The notes beneath the pieces were generated by a model. It was given only the letters and a program-made list of their open reading frames with translations, had not been told where the DNA came from and searched no databases. A stretch of 32,000 bases of DNA from Candidatus Nanosynbacter lyticus. GTDB taxonomy: Bacteria > Patescibacteriota > Saccharimonadia > Saccharimonadales > Saccharimonadaceae. The position numbers and the translations under genes are program-made. The stretch is taken from contig NZ_CP007496.1 of the NCBI RefSeq assembly GCF_000803625.1, positions 300,001 to 332,000 on the forward strand, in the 5' to 3' direction. Positions 23,797 through 31,934 of this stretch are shown here, piece by piece (positions within the stretch are counted from its first letter, which is position 1; each line of letters starts with the position of its first letter).

Positions 23797-26346
23797 GTGG
23801 CACAAAAGGAAGCTAAAGCGCGACTAAAGATAAATATGCTACTTTCTGATGCCGGGTGGAGATTGTTGGATAACGAAGACGGTCCCGCTAATGTCGATGT
23901 AGAAAACAAAGTAGATATCGAAAACCTGGGCGATGATTTTGAAAATACGAGACGAGGGTTTGTCGATTACCTTCTTCTAGGCTCTAACCAGAAGCCCATT
24001 GCCGTCCTTGAAGCTAAGCGTGAAAGCATTCCTCCGCTTTCCGCTAAAGAACAAGCTCGCGATTATGCCAATTCTCTACACTTAAGGTATGTAATTCTTA
24101 GTAACGGCAACACGCATTATCTGTGGGATATGCAATTTGGTAACCCCGAGCCAATTAGTAGCTTTCCGACTCTAAGCTCATTAGAAGATGAAAAGAAATG
24201 GGTTTCCGATGTTGATGCGCTTGTAAACGAGAATATTTCTCGAACCTATATCGCCGAATCTCAAATGCCTGAAATTAAAACGCATCCCGATTATATAAAC
24301 GAAGATACTCGTAGTGAATTTATAGAGAAAAATAAACTGAAAATCCTTCGCAAGTATCAGGTAAATGCGATTAAGGCCGTTCAAAAATCGGCGCAAAACG
24401 GCAATAAACGCTTCCTGCTCGAGATGGCGACTGGCACCGGAAAAACTTTAACTTGCGCTGCTATTATCAAACTATTTCTAAAGACAGGAAACGCTCAGAG
24501 AATCCTCTTTTTGGTTGACCGCATTGAATTAGAAAATCAGGCCAAGAAGTCTTTTAGGCAGTCCATCGGTAAAGATTACGTGGTTAAGGTGTGGAAGGAA
24601 GATAGAGATAACTGGAAGACTGCCGATATCGTTATTAGTACGGTCCAATCTCTTTTGGCGAGTAGTCGCTATCGTGATTTTAGTCCGAATGACTTTAATT
24701 TAATTATCTCAGATGAGGCGCATCGTTCTATTGGCGGCAACGCGAGAGCTGTTTTCGAATATTTCACTGGGTACAAGATTGGGCTTACCGCCACACCGAA
24801 GGATTTTTTAAAGAATACCAAGCAAGATGAAAATTCAGAAAAAGAATTCGAACGCAGAGAGTTATTGGATACCTATAGGACTTTTGGGTGCGAATCTGGT
24901 CAACCGACTTTTAGATATGACCTAAAAGATGGCGTAAACGATCCTGATGGTCCGTTTTTGGTGAATCCCGTCATCCTGGATGCTAGGACGAATATTACCT
25001 CACGACTGCTCGCAGATGAAGGCTATGCAGTCCATAAAATTATTGATGGCGAAGATGTTGACGAGAATTTTGGTATCAGAGATTTCGAGAAAACATTTTT
25101 CAATGAAGAGACCAATCGCGTGTTCTGTGAGACTTTTATGAAATACGCGGCGGTCGATCCGTTATCTAAAGAAATTGGTAAAACCATCATCTTTACTGTT
25201 AGCCAAAAACACGCAGAAAAAATAGTCCAAATGCTTAACCAAATTGCTATGGAAAAGTTCCCTGGTAAGTATAATTCTGATTTCGCTATTCAGATTACGA
25301 GTAATGTTCGTGACGCTCAACAGCTCTCGATTAGTTTTTCTGAAAATAATCTGCGCGGACATACAAGGTGGCTTTCGGATTACGAAAGTAGTCGCACTAG
25401 AGTCGCCGTCACGGTCGGCATGATGACGACCGGTTACGATTGCTCCGATTTATTAAATCTCGTGTTCATGCGTCCAGTGTTTAGCCCTTCTGACTTTATT
25501 CAGATGAAAGGTCGAGGTACGCGACTCCATACGTTCAAATATGTAGATTATGAAAATGGCGAGAAAGTTAAAACTATTAAGAAAGAAAACTTCCGTATTA
25601 TAGACTTTTTCGCAGTTTGCGAATACTTCGAAGAAAAATACGACTATAATGCGCCGTTGGTAGTGCCAATGAGTAGGCAAACGCAAAACACTTTAGTGAC
25701 GCCGCTGCTTATCGATGTCGATCCTCCCGTGATCGTGGTAAACCGTACGGTAGACCTGAATGAGAATGATTCCCTGAGTGGAATAGATGAGACGATTGTT
25801 GGTAAAGAAGGCATGCGCGTTGATCGCGAGATGTTCCGCAGCTTCCAAGATGAGGTGAAATCTAATGAAGAATTCGTCAAGTTGTATAATAATGGCAATA
25901 TTGATGGGGCGCTAAGCTATCTTAAATCCGAAATACTCGGCGAAGATAAGCCTAAGTTCTATATGACTCCTGAGAAAATTCGCAAAATCTTCAATCTAGA
26001 CCGCAGGCTAGACCTTCGTGAGATTCTGGATCTAATCATGAACAATAAAGAGCCATTGACTAAAGCTCAATATATCCAGCAAAAGTTTAATGAACTTATT
26101 TCGGATAAAGGGCTGAGTGAAACTTTGGTTGGAGAGTTGTACAACGATGCATTTGAATTATTTGATGCGTATATCACTGATCGACGCGTGTCTGAGGCTA
26201 TAGATAATAGAGATTATAGTCTACTGGCTGGATTCGGCTCTATTACAATCGAACAGCTCAAACGCCTAGGTATCGAAAGAGTAAATCAGATTATTAGCTA
26301 TATTAGAGATTATATTAATGTAGAAAAACTAAGAGTAAAGGATTAA
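23797..26346 (+). CDS. hsdR: Type I restriction enzyme R subunit (HsdR)
   Basis: The N-terminal nuclease domain has EAKARLKINMLLSDAGW and a PD-(D/E)xK-like VDY...LEAKRE. Helicase motifs are LEMATGTGKTLT, IISDEAHRS and GLTATP...QMKGRGTR. A GTG start at 23797 follows GGAAGGA; the track starts at a TTG at 23779. Confidence 0.9.
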   Translation: MAQKEAKARLKINMLLSDAGWRLLDNEDGPANVDVENKVDIENLGDDFENTRRGFVDYLLLGSNQKPIAVLEAKRESIPPLSAKEQARDYANSLHLRYVILSNGNTHYLWDMQFGNPEPISSFPTLSSLEDEKKWVSDVDALVNENISRTYIAESQMPEIKTHPDYINEDTRSEFIEKNKLKILRKYQVNAIKAVQKSAQNGNKRFLLEMATGTGKTLTCAAIIKLFLKTGNAQRILFLVDRIELENQAKKSFRQSIGKDYVVKVWKEDRDNWKTADIVISTVQSLLASSRYRDFSPNDFNLIISDEAHRSIGGNARAVFEYFTGYKIGLTATPKDFLKNTKQDENSEKEFERRELLDTYRTFGCESGQPTFRYDLKDGVNDPDGPFLVNPVILDARTNITSRLLADEGYAVHKIIDGEDVDENFGIRDFEKTFFNEETNRVFCETFMKYAAVDPLSKEIGKTIIFTVSQKHAEKIVQMLNQIAMEKFPGKYNSDFAIQITSNVRDAQQLSISFSENNLRGHTRWLSDYESSRTRVAVTVGMMTTGYDCSDLLNLVFMRPVFSPSDFIQMKGRGTRLHTFKYVDYENGEKVKTIKKENFRIIDFFAVCEYFEEKYDYNAPLVVPMSRQTQNTLVTPLLIDVDPPVIVVNRTVDLNENDSLSGIDETIVGKEGMRVDREMFRSFQDEVKSNEEFVKLYNNGNIDGALSYLKSEILGEDKPKFYMTPEKIRKIFNLDRRLDLREILDLIMNNKEPLTKAQYIQQKFNELISDKGLSETLVGELYNDAFELFDAYITDRRVSEAIDNRDYSLLAGFGSITIEQLKRLGIERVNQIISYIRDYINVEKLRVKD

Positions 26347-26349
26347 TGA

Positions 26350-27798
26350 ATGGACTATACCCAATTTAAACAAATAATAGATAATTCCCGCGATATTCTC
26401 ATGGGTAAATTACCAAGTCCAATCGCCCAGGTGGATGCAATTTCTTATGCACTTATTTATAAGTTCATGTCGGATACTGATGACGATTCTGCTGCACTTG
26501 GCGGCAAACGTACATATTTTTCTGGTGAATATGAAAAATATAGTTGGCACAATTTGATGAGCCCAACTACTACTGGTGCTGATCGCGTAATTCTTTATCG
26601 CAATGCCCTCGAGAATATGAGCCGCAATCCAAACATTCCTCCACTATTCCGTGAGATTTTTAATGGTGCGACACTTGGATTTACCGACTCAAATACACTT
26701 AACTTATTTCTTCGCGAAATCGATAAGATTAAGCAGAGTTCTGGCGACTCCATCGGTGACGTTTATGAATACCTTCTCTCCACTATGGGATCTCAAGATA
26801 AGCTTGGTCAGTTCCGAACACCTCGCCATATCATTGATATGATGGTTGAGCTTATTGATCCAGACAAATCTGATAAAATTCTAGACCCTGCTTGTGGCAC
26901 CGCAGGTTTCCTTATCTCTGCGTATAGCTGGATTAAGAAGAAGCACATTGAAAAAGAACGTTTGAATAGTGAGGATATTGAGAAAATTCATCGCAACTTC
27001 TACGGTTTTGATATCGAACCAAACATGGCTCGTATCGCTCGTGTAAACTTGTTCCTGCATGGCTTTAAATCCCCTCATATTATTGAGCATGATACGCTCA
27101 GCTCAGAAGATTACTGGGATGACCGTTATGATGTGATTCTTGCGAATCCGCCATTCATGACGCCAAAAGGCGGTATCACCCCGCATAAGAAGTTTGGGAT
27201 TACTTCAAAACGTGCTGAGCTTCTGTTTGTTGATTATATCGCTTCTCATTTGAAGCCGAATGGTCGCGCAGCTGTAATTGTGCCTGATGGTGTTCTGTTC
27301 CGCAGTAGCTCTGCACACAAAGCACTCAGGAAAGAAATTGTCGAAAATAAGAAGCTTCAAGCTGTTATTTCGATGCCTTCGGGCGTATTTAAGCCATATG
27401 CTGGTGTTTCTACGGCGATTTTAGTATTTACTAACTCAAGTAATGAAAGAACCGACAAGGTTTGGTTTTACGACATGAAAATAGATGGATATAGTCTTGA
27501 TGACAAGCGCTCAAAGCTCAAAACAAGTGACGTCCCCGATATTCTTGCAAGGTTTAAAAACCTTGATGGTGAGAAAGATCGTAAACGCAACGAGCAATCA
27601 TTCTTTGTGGATAAAGATGAGATAGTCAAAAACGGCTATGACCTAACGATCAACAAATATAAGGAAGTCGAATACGAGAAAGTTGAATACCCACCAACTT
27701 CTGAAATTATAGCTGAGATTAAGAAATTAGATCGTGAAGCTTCCGAAAGTCTGACCGAACTTGAAAAATTATTAAACGAAACAAATCCGGATTTGTAG
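26350..27798 (+). CDS. hsdM: Type I R-M N6-adenine DNA methyltransferase subunit (HsdM)
   Basis: 482 aa. The SAM-binding motif is ILDPACGTAGFLI and the catalytic motif is LANPPFMTP. It starts 3 nt after the hsdR stop. Confidence 0.93.
   Translation: MDYTQFKQIIDNSRDILMGKLPSPIAQVDAISYALIYKFMSDTDDDSAALGGKRTYFSGEYEKYSWHNLMSPTTTGADRVILYRNALENMSRNPNIPPLFREIFNGATLGFTDSNTLNLFLREIDKIKQSSGDSIGDVYEYLLSTMGSQDKLGQFRTPRHIIDMMVELIDPDKSDKILDPACGTAGFLISAYSWIKKKHIEKERLNSEDIEKIHRNFYGFDIEPNMARIARVNLFLHGFKSPHIIEHDTLSSEDYWDDRYDVILANPPFMTPKGGITPHKKFGITSKRAELLFVDYIASHLKPNGRAAVIVPDGVLFRSSSAHKALRKEIVENKKLQAVISMPSGVFKPYAGVSTAILVFTNSSNERTDKVWFYDMKIDGYSLDDKRSKLKTSDVPDILARFKNLDGEKDRKRNEQSFFVDKDEIVKNGYDLTINKYKEVEYEKVEYPPTSEIIAEIKKLDREASESLTELEKLLNETNPDL
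27629..27798 (+). repeat. Outer inverted repeat, left arm (last 56 codons plus stop of hsdM)
   Basis: This 170-bp arm is identical to the reverse complement of 30974-31143, compared base by base. The flanking bases on both sides mismatch. Confidence 0.95.
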
Positions 27799-27805
27799 AT
27801 ATATC

Positions 27806-28825
27806 ATGAAAGTTAAACTTGGAGAGCTAACGAAGATTAGAACCGGCAAATTGGACGCCAATGCGGCTTCTGATGATGGCACGTATCCATTCTTTACATG
27901 TTCGAAAGAGCCGTTGCGAATATCTACATATTCATATGATTGCGAGTGTGTACTAGTTGCGGGAAATGGCGATCTAAATGTCAAATATTACAACGGAAAA
28001 TTTGACGCATATCAACGAACGTACATTGTCGAATCTAACGGCGACGGAAGACTTCATCTTCCATACCTCTATCATTTTATGACGCGGTATATTCAGGAAT
28101 TAAGAAAACTATCGATTGGCGGAGTTATTAAATATATTAAACTAGGCAATCTTACTGATGCGGAAATATCGCTTCCCGATATTAAAGAACAAAAAACCGC
28201 ATGCAAAAAACTTGAGAAAATTAAAAACATTATAGATAAAAAAGAATCGCAACTTTTTTACCTAGATAATCTTATCAAAGCCCGATTTGTCGAGATGTTT
28301 GATGATAACTTTGGCGAAATCGTTGAACTCGGAAATGTCTGTGATGTACGCGACGGTACTCATGATTCACCAAAGTATCACAATGCAGGCTATCCGCTCG
28401 TAACATCAAAAAATATATGCGATGGGAAAATAGATTTTTCGACCTGTAATTTAATCCAGAAAGAAGATTATGTCAAGATTAATAAAAGATCCAAGGTCGA
28501 TGTCGGTGATGTTTTAATGCCTATGATTGGCACTGTTGGCAATCCTATTATTGTAAATACCGACAAGGAATTCGCCATCAAAAATGTAGCACTAATTAAA
28601 TTTAAAGACGATTCCGTAATTCTTAATACGTTCATAAAAACATTGCTTGAGTCAGATTATTTTGGCAGGGCCGTACTCAGTAAAACAAAAGGTGGGACGC
28701 AGAAATTCATTTCACTTGGCGATATTAGAAAATTGGAGTTTAATTTACCGCCAATCGAACTACAACACCGATTTGCCACCTTTGTCGCCCAAATCGACAA
28801 ATCAAAATTTGCCGCTAAGCAATGA
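27806..28825 (+). CDS. hsdS: Type I R-M specificity subunit HsdS, allele 1 (expression position; distal conserved helix truncated)
   Basis: 339 aa. It has a unique TRD1, a central conserved helix (LPDIKEQK...LIKARFVEMF), and a TRD2 identical to allele 2. It ends ...IDKSKFAAKQ*, lacking about 21 aa that allele 2 has. It starts 7 nt after the hsdM stop. Confidence 0.9.
   Translation: MKVKLGELTKIRTGKLDANAASDDGTYPFFTCSKEPLRISTYSYDCECVLVAGNGDLNVKYYNGKFDAYQRTYIVESNGDGRLHLPYLYHFMTRYIQELRKLSIGGVIKYIKLGNLTDAEISLPDIKEQKTACKKLEKIKNIIDKKESQLFYLDNLIKARFVEMFDDNFGEIVELGNVCDVRDGTHDSPKYHNAGYPLVTSKNICDGKIDFSTCNLIQKEDYVKINKRSKVDVGDVLMPMIGTVGNPIIVNTDKEFAIKNVALIKFKDDSVILNTFIKTLLESDYFGRAVLSKTKGGTQKFISLGDIRKLEFNLPPIELQHRFATFVAQIDKSKFAAKQ
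28274..28812 (+). repeat. Inner inverted repeat, left arm (TRD2 plus flanking conserved-region codons of hsdS-1)
   Basis: This 539-bp arm matches the reverse complement of 29903-30441. The encoded protein is identical over about 180 aa, and the DNA matched at all segments checked by eye. Confidence 0.9.
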
Positions 28826-29783
28826 ACTTGCGATGTGCAACTTTTACGTTCGTTTGATTAACTATAGCATAACGCATAGTCGTATCGATCTGAGAATGTC
28901 CGAGTAGCTTCTGAACTTGTTCAATAGGCATCCCTTTATCAATTGCACGTGTTGCCATAGTCCGGCGGAACTTATGCGGATGAACCTTATTTATGCCTAA
29001 TTCGCGCCCTAAGCGTCTCAGGCGGATTTCTACGCCAGATATCTGTAATCTATTGTAAGGCGCATCAAGTGTCACAAAAAGGGCAGGATTTGTGTCAAAG
29101 CGGCTATTTATGTAGCTCATTAGGTGTATTTTAGTTTTTGCGTCGAAATATACGCGTCTTTCTTTATCGCCCTTACCGAAAACAATGCATTCGCGTTCTT
29201 CGAAATCTATATCGTCGATATTAAGTCGCACGAGTTCGCCAATTCTTATTCCAGTAGAATAAAGTAGATCAATTATCGCTAAGTCGCGTAAATTTTTACA
29301 TTTATCTCGCATCTTTTCAATTTCCTCATCGGAAATAACCTCTTTCACGGTTTTCGTAGTTTTAATTTTGTGGATGCGCCGCATTGGGCTTTTGATGATA
29401 TAATCTTCCTCTTCGAGCCATGTAAAGAAGCTTGAGATATTGCGACGGATATTATCAATAGTTGTTTTACTGCAATCATTTAAACCTTGATAGTTAGCCA
29501 AATATTCACGTATATCGTCGGTAGTTACTTTACGTATTGGATCATCTACTTCATCTAGTAGTTTCTCTACAGTAGTCTTGTAATAGGCCAATGTCCGTTC
29601 AGAGCATCCTTCTATCTTTTTAGCATTCAAAAACATCGACAAATAATTGTCGTTTGAAATGCCATTTATAGATCTCGTTTCTTTTGTAAGGCGCGAAACG
29701 AGCACGCGCTGTAATTTTTGTGACTGATTTGCGGTGAGATATTCGTCCATATCCACCAAAATGTATTTAATGGCGTCTTCCAT
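28815..29783 (-). CDS. Tyrosine site-specific recombinase (XerC/D-integrase family), predicted hsdS invertase
   Basis: 322 aa. The catalytic set is TGIRIGEL (Arg), HPHKFRRT (H-x-x-R) and LLGHSQIDTTMRY (His/Tyr). An AAAGGAG RBS is present. Its 3' end overlaps the hsdS-1 stop by 11 nt on the opposite strand. Confidence 0.9.
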   Translation of the reverse strand: MEDAIKYILVDMDEYLTANQSQKLQRVLVSRLTKETRSINGISNDNYLSMFLNAKKIEGCSERTLAYYKTTVEKLLDEVDDPIRKVTTDDIREYLANYQGLNDCSKTTIDNIRRNISSFFTWLEEEDYIIKSPMRRIHKIKTTKTVKEVISDEEIEKMRDKCKNLRDLAIIDLLYSTGIRIGELVRLNIDDIDFEERECIVFGKGDKERRVYFDAKTKIHLMSYINSRFDTNPALFVTLDAPYNRLQISGVEIRLRRLGRELGINKVHPHKFRRTMATRAIDKGMPIEQVQKLLGHSQIDTTMRYAIVNQTNVKVAHRKFIA

Positions 29784-29835
29784 TAATAACTCCTTTCGTT
29801 AGATTGGCACCTCCACTAACAAAAGGAATAACTTT

Positions 29836-30966
29836 TTAGCCAAAATACTCCTGCATTAAACTATCAAATAGAAGTTGCGTTTTTTCTAGCGACTTTTGTA
29901 CAGCAAATTTTGATTTGTCGATTTGGGCGACAAAGGTGGCAAATCGGTGTTGTAGTTCGATTGGCGGTAAATTAAACTCCAATTTTCTAATATCGCCAAG
30001 TGAAATGAATTTCTGCGTCCCACCTTTTGTTTTACTGAGTACGGCCCTGCCAAAATAATCTGACTCAAGCAATGTTTTTATGAACGTATTAAGAATTACG
30101 GAATCGTCTTTAAATTTAATTAGTGCTACATTTTTGATGGCGAATTCCTTGTCGGTATTTACAATAATAGGATTGCCAACAGTGCCAATCATAGGCATTA
30201 AAACATCACCGACATCGACCTTGGATCTTTTATTAATCTTGACATAATCTTCTTTCTGGATTAAATTACAGGTCGAAAAATCTATTTTCCCATCGCATAT
30301 ATTTTTTGATGTTACGAGCGGATAGCCTGCATTGTGATACTTTGGTGAATCATGAGTACCGTCGCGTACATCACAGACATTTCCGAGTTCAACGATTTCG
30401 CCAAAGTTATCATCAAACATCTCGACAAATCGGGCTTTGATGAGCTCATCTAATGCTTCGATCTTTTTCTTGTCGTGTGTAATTATCTCGGAGATAACAT
30501 CAAGTGTTCTAACGATTTTGTTTTGCTTTTCTACGGATTCGCATATGCTAATTTTGAAGTCGCTAAATTGCGTTTTATTAATAATCGGAACGACCGGCGC
30601 GTTCGCTATAGCCTTCAGTTGTTTTCGATTGGCATAGATGGCATATGCCAAGTATTTTGGAATAATTGCTTCATTCGGAACGATAGCATTTATCTGTTGA
30701 TTAAACGAGACTTCTTCTTCCGTTATGCCGACTCGTCCTATTTTCCCAATACACGTGACAAGTATACTATTTGCTGGTACTATTCTAGAAACGTTTTTGG
30801 CGCTGGCGGAGATATACTCATTTGCACTAGATATGACACATAATTCGTCTTTTATCACATCCGGTTTAATAAACTTGATGTTTCTATTACTCCAATATTC
30901 GTCGACCTTTTTGCTCGGAGTATTTCCCGTAAATATCGTACCCAATTCTTTCAGTCTTACCTTCAT
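29836..30966 (-). CDS. hsdS: Type I R-M specificity subunit HsdS, allele 2 (silent/inverted position; full-length distal helix)
   Basis: 376 aa. It has a different TRD1 and the same TRD2 as allele 1. The distal conserved region is complete (LPPIELQHRFATFVAQIDKSKFAVQKSLEKTQLLFDSLMQEYFG). Confidence 0.9.
   Translation of the reverse strand: MKVRLKELGTIFTGNTPSKKVDEYWSNRNIKFIKPDVIKDELCVISSANEYISASAKNVSRIVPANSILVTCIGKIGRVGITEEEVSFNQQINAIVPNEAIIPKYLAYAIYANRKQLKAIANAPVVPIINKTQFSDFKISICESVEKQNKIVRTLDVISEIITHDKKKIEALDELIKARFVEMFDDNFGEIVELGNVCDVRDGTHDSPKYHNAGYPLVTSKNICDGKIDFSTCNLIQKEDYVKINKRSKVDVGDVLMPMIGTVGNPIIVNTDKEFAIKNVALIKFKDDSVILNTFIKTLLESDYFGRAVLSKTKGGTQKFISLGDIRKLEFNLPPIELQHRFATFVAQIDKSKFAVQKSLEKTQLLFDSLMQEYFG
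29903..30441 (-). repeat. Inner inverted repeat, right arm
   Basis: It is the reverse complement of 28274-28812. Confidence 0.9.
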
Positions 30967-30973
30967 ATCGTAC

Positions 30974-31143
30974 CTACAAATCCGGATTTGTTTCGTTTAA
31001 TAATTTTTCAAGTTCGGTCAGACTTTCGGAAGCTTCACGATCTAATTTCTTAATCTCAGCTATAATTTCAGAAGTTGGTGGGTATTCAACTTTCTCGTAT
31101 TCGACTTCCTTATATTTGTTGATCGTTAGGTCATAGCCGTTTT
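30974..31143 (-). repeat. Outer inverted repeat, right arm: silent copy of the hsdM 3' end
   Basis: It is the reverse complement of 27629-27798. An in-frame TAA lies immediately upstream of the copy, so it is not an expressed gene fragment by itself. Confidence 0.95.
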
Positions 31144-31431
31144 AAGGCAGTAGAATAGGCGCCAATCTCACCGAATAATTCTAAAAACTTTCGTACATTC
31201 CCCTAAAAGAGGTACTCGGCAGTATAAGCCGGAGTAGATATAGTAAAAAGTTATTTTCAAGTCTTCGTAAGAATCCTTTCGGTTAAAATTATTATTCTTT
31301 GTACTGGTGGGCCACCACTCTGAATTTAATGCACTAAGAAAAGACTTGTATATCGGGTTTCCTAGGACGATTCTCGTATGAGCAAAAGAAGGCTCGCAAT
31401 CTTTCGATCACGAGCCTTAAATATCTTATTG

Positions 31432-31507
31432 TGGAGCCACGATCGGGGCTTGAACCCGAGACCTCATCCTTACCATGGATGCGCTCTACCAACTGAGCTA
31501 TCGCGGC
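31432..31507 (-). tRNA. tRNA-Thr (anticodon GGU), CCA end encoded
   Basis: Hand-folded cloverleaf of 76 nt. Acceptor GCCGCGA/TCGTGGC, anticodon stem CATCC/GGATG with loop ATGGTAA, and T arm TCGGG-TTCAAGC-CCCGA. Confidence 0.9.
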
Positions 31508-31554
31508 GTAACAGGCTTAATTTTAGCACATTAAGCCGTGTTTAATCAACTGAG

Positions 31555-31860
31555 TCATTTTTTACGAGTGGATTTCTTGGTTGGCGTACCGACTTCTTTT
31601 GGTAGTTTCGGCGTGACAAACGCTTCTATTATTCCCCACGCTATGCTATTGACCAAGAAAGTAACGAACAATATTCCTGAAGCTGATGCCGCCAAGTGCG
31701 CCGATGAGGCGTTAAATAATGTCAATAATCCCGCCGCAGTTAGCCCAATTATAGCCAGCATAATATAAGCGTATTGTAATTTCAATCGTTGGTTTTTTTC
31801 GCTATTCCATAATGTAAGAATAGATTTTGTAAATTCAAACATATCCATATAATAGCACAT
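31555..31860 (-). CDS. Small two-TM membrane protein with a Lys-rich tail (hypothetical)
   Basis: Two hydrophobic helices (YAYIMLAIIGLTAAGLLTLF and ILFVTFLVNSIAWGIIEAFV). The start is uncertain: ATGs at 31860, 31848 and 31842. The track's TTG at 31899 overlaps the tRNA-Tyr terminator. Confidence 0.5.
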   Translation of the reverse strand: MCYYMDMFEFTKSILTLWNSEKNQRLKLQYAYIMLAIIGLTAAGLLTLFNASSAHLAASASGILFVTFLVNSIAWGIIEAFVTPKLPKEVGTPTKKSTRKK

Positions 31861-31897
31861 ATGCTTATAAAAGTCAATATTACTACTTTGCGCTATC

Positions 31898-31921
31898 AAA
31901 AAGTCGCCCCAAAAAGGCGAC
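31898..31921 (-). terminator. Terminator after tRNA-Tyr
   Basis: On the minus strand, GTCGCC, loop TTTTTGG and GGCGAC are followed by TTTTT. Confidence 0.6.
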
Positions 31922-31934
31922 GATGATTCAAATT

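Larger units (their letters stand above)
27799..30973. mobile_element. Predicted invertible cassette (hsdS-1, tyrosine recombinase, hsdS-2) of a Type I R-M shufflon
   Basis: The cassette is bounded by the perfect 170-bp inverted repeat. It contains a second nested 539-bp inverted repeat pair and a site-specific recombinase gene. Confidence 0.7.

Noticed and set aside
23637-23909. 90-aa minus-strand ORF overlapping the hsdR start region
   Set aside because: It is antisense to the well-supported hsdR N-terminal domain, has low-complexity composition, and has no RBS.
28647-28907. Duplicate 60-86-aa ORFs (28647..28907 + and 29886..30068 -) beginning MSQIILAGPYSVKQKVGRRNSF
   Set aside because: They are alternative-frame reading of the 539-bp inverted repeat inside hsdS. 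Their duplication simply mirrors the repeat.
31144-31431. Possible further hsdM or hsdS remnant, or an att site, in the 288-bp spacer before tRNA-Thr
   Set aside because: Translation of both strands gave only very weak resemblance to the hsdM region upstream of the repeat. No copy of the tRNA-Thr 3' end was found at the other island border (23112-23160). This is left as unexplained non-coding DNA.
31538-31768. 76-aa plus-strand ORF opposite the small membrane-protein gene
   Set aside because: The minus-strand frame gives two clean TM helices and a basic tail, while the plus-strand product has no features. Only one of the two can be real, and neither is strongly supported.
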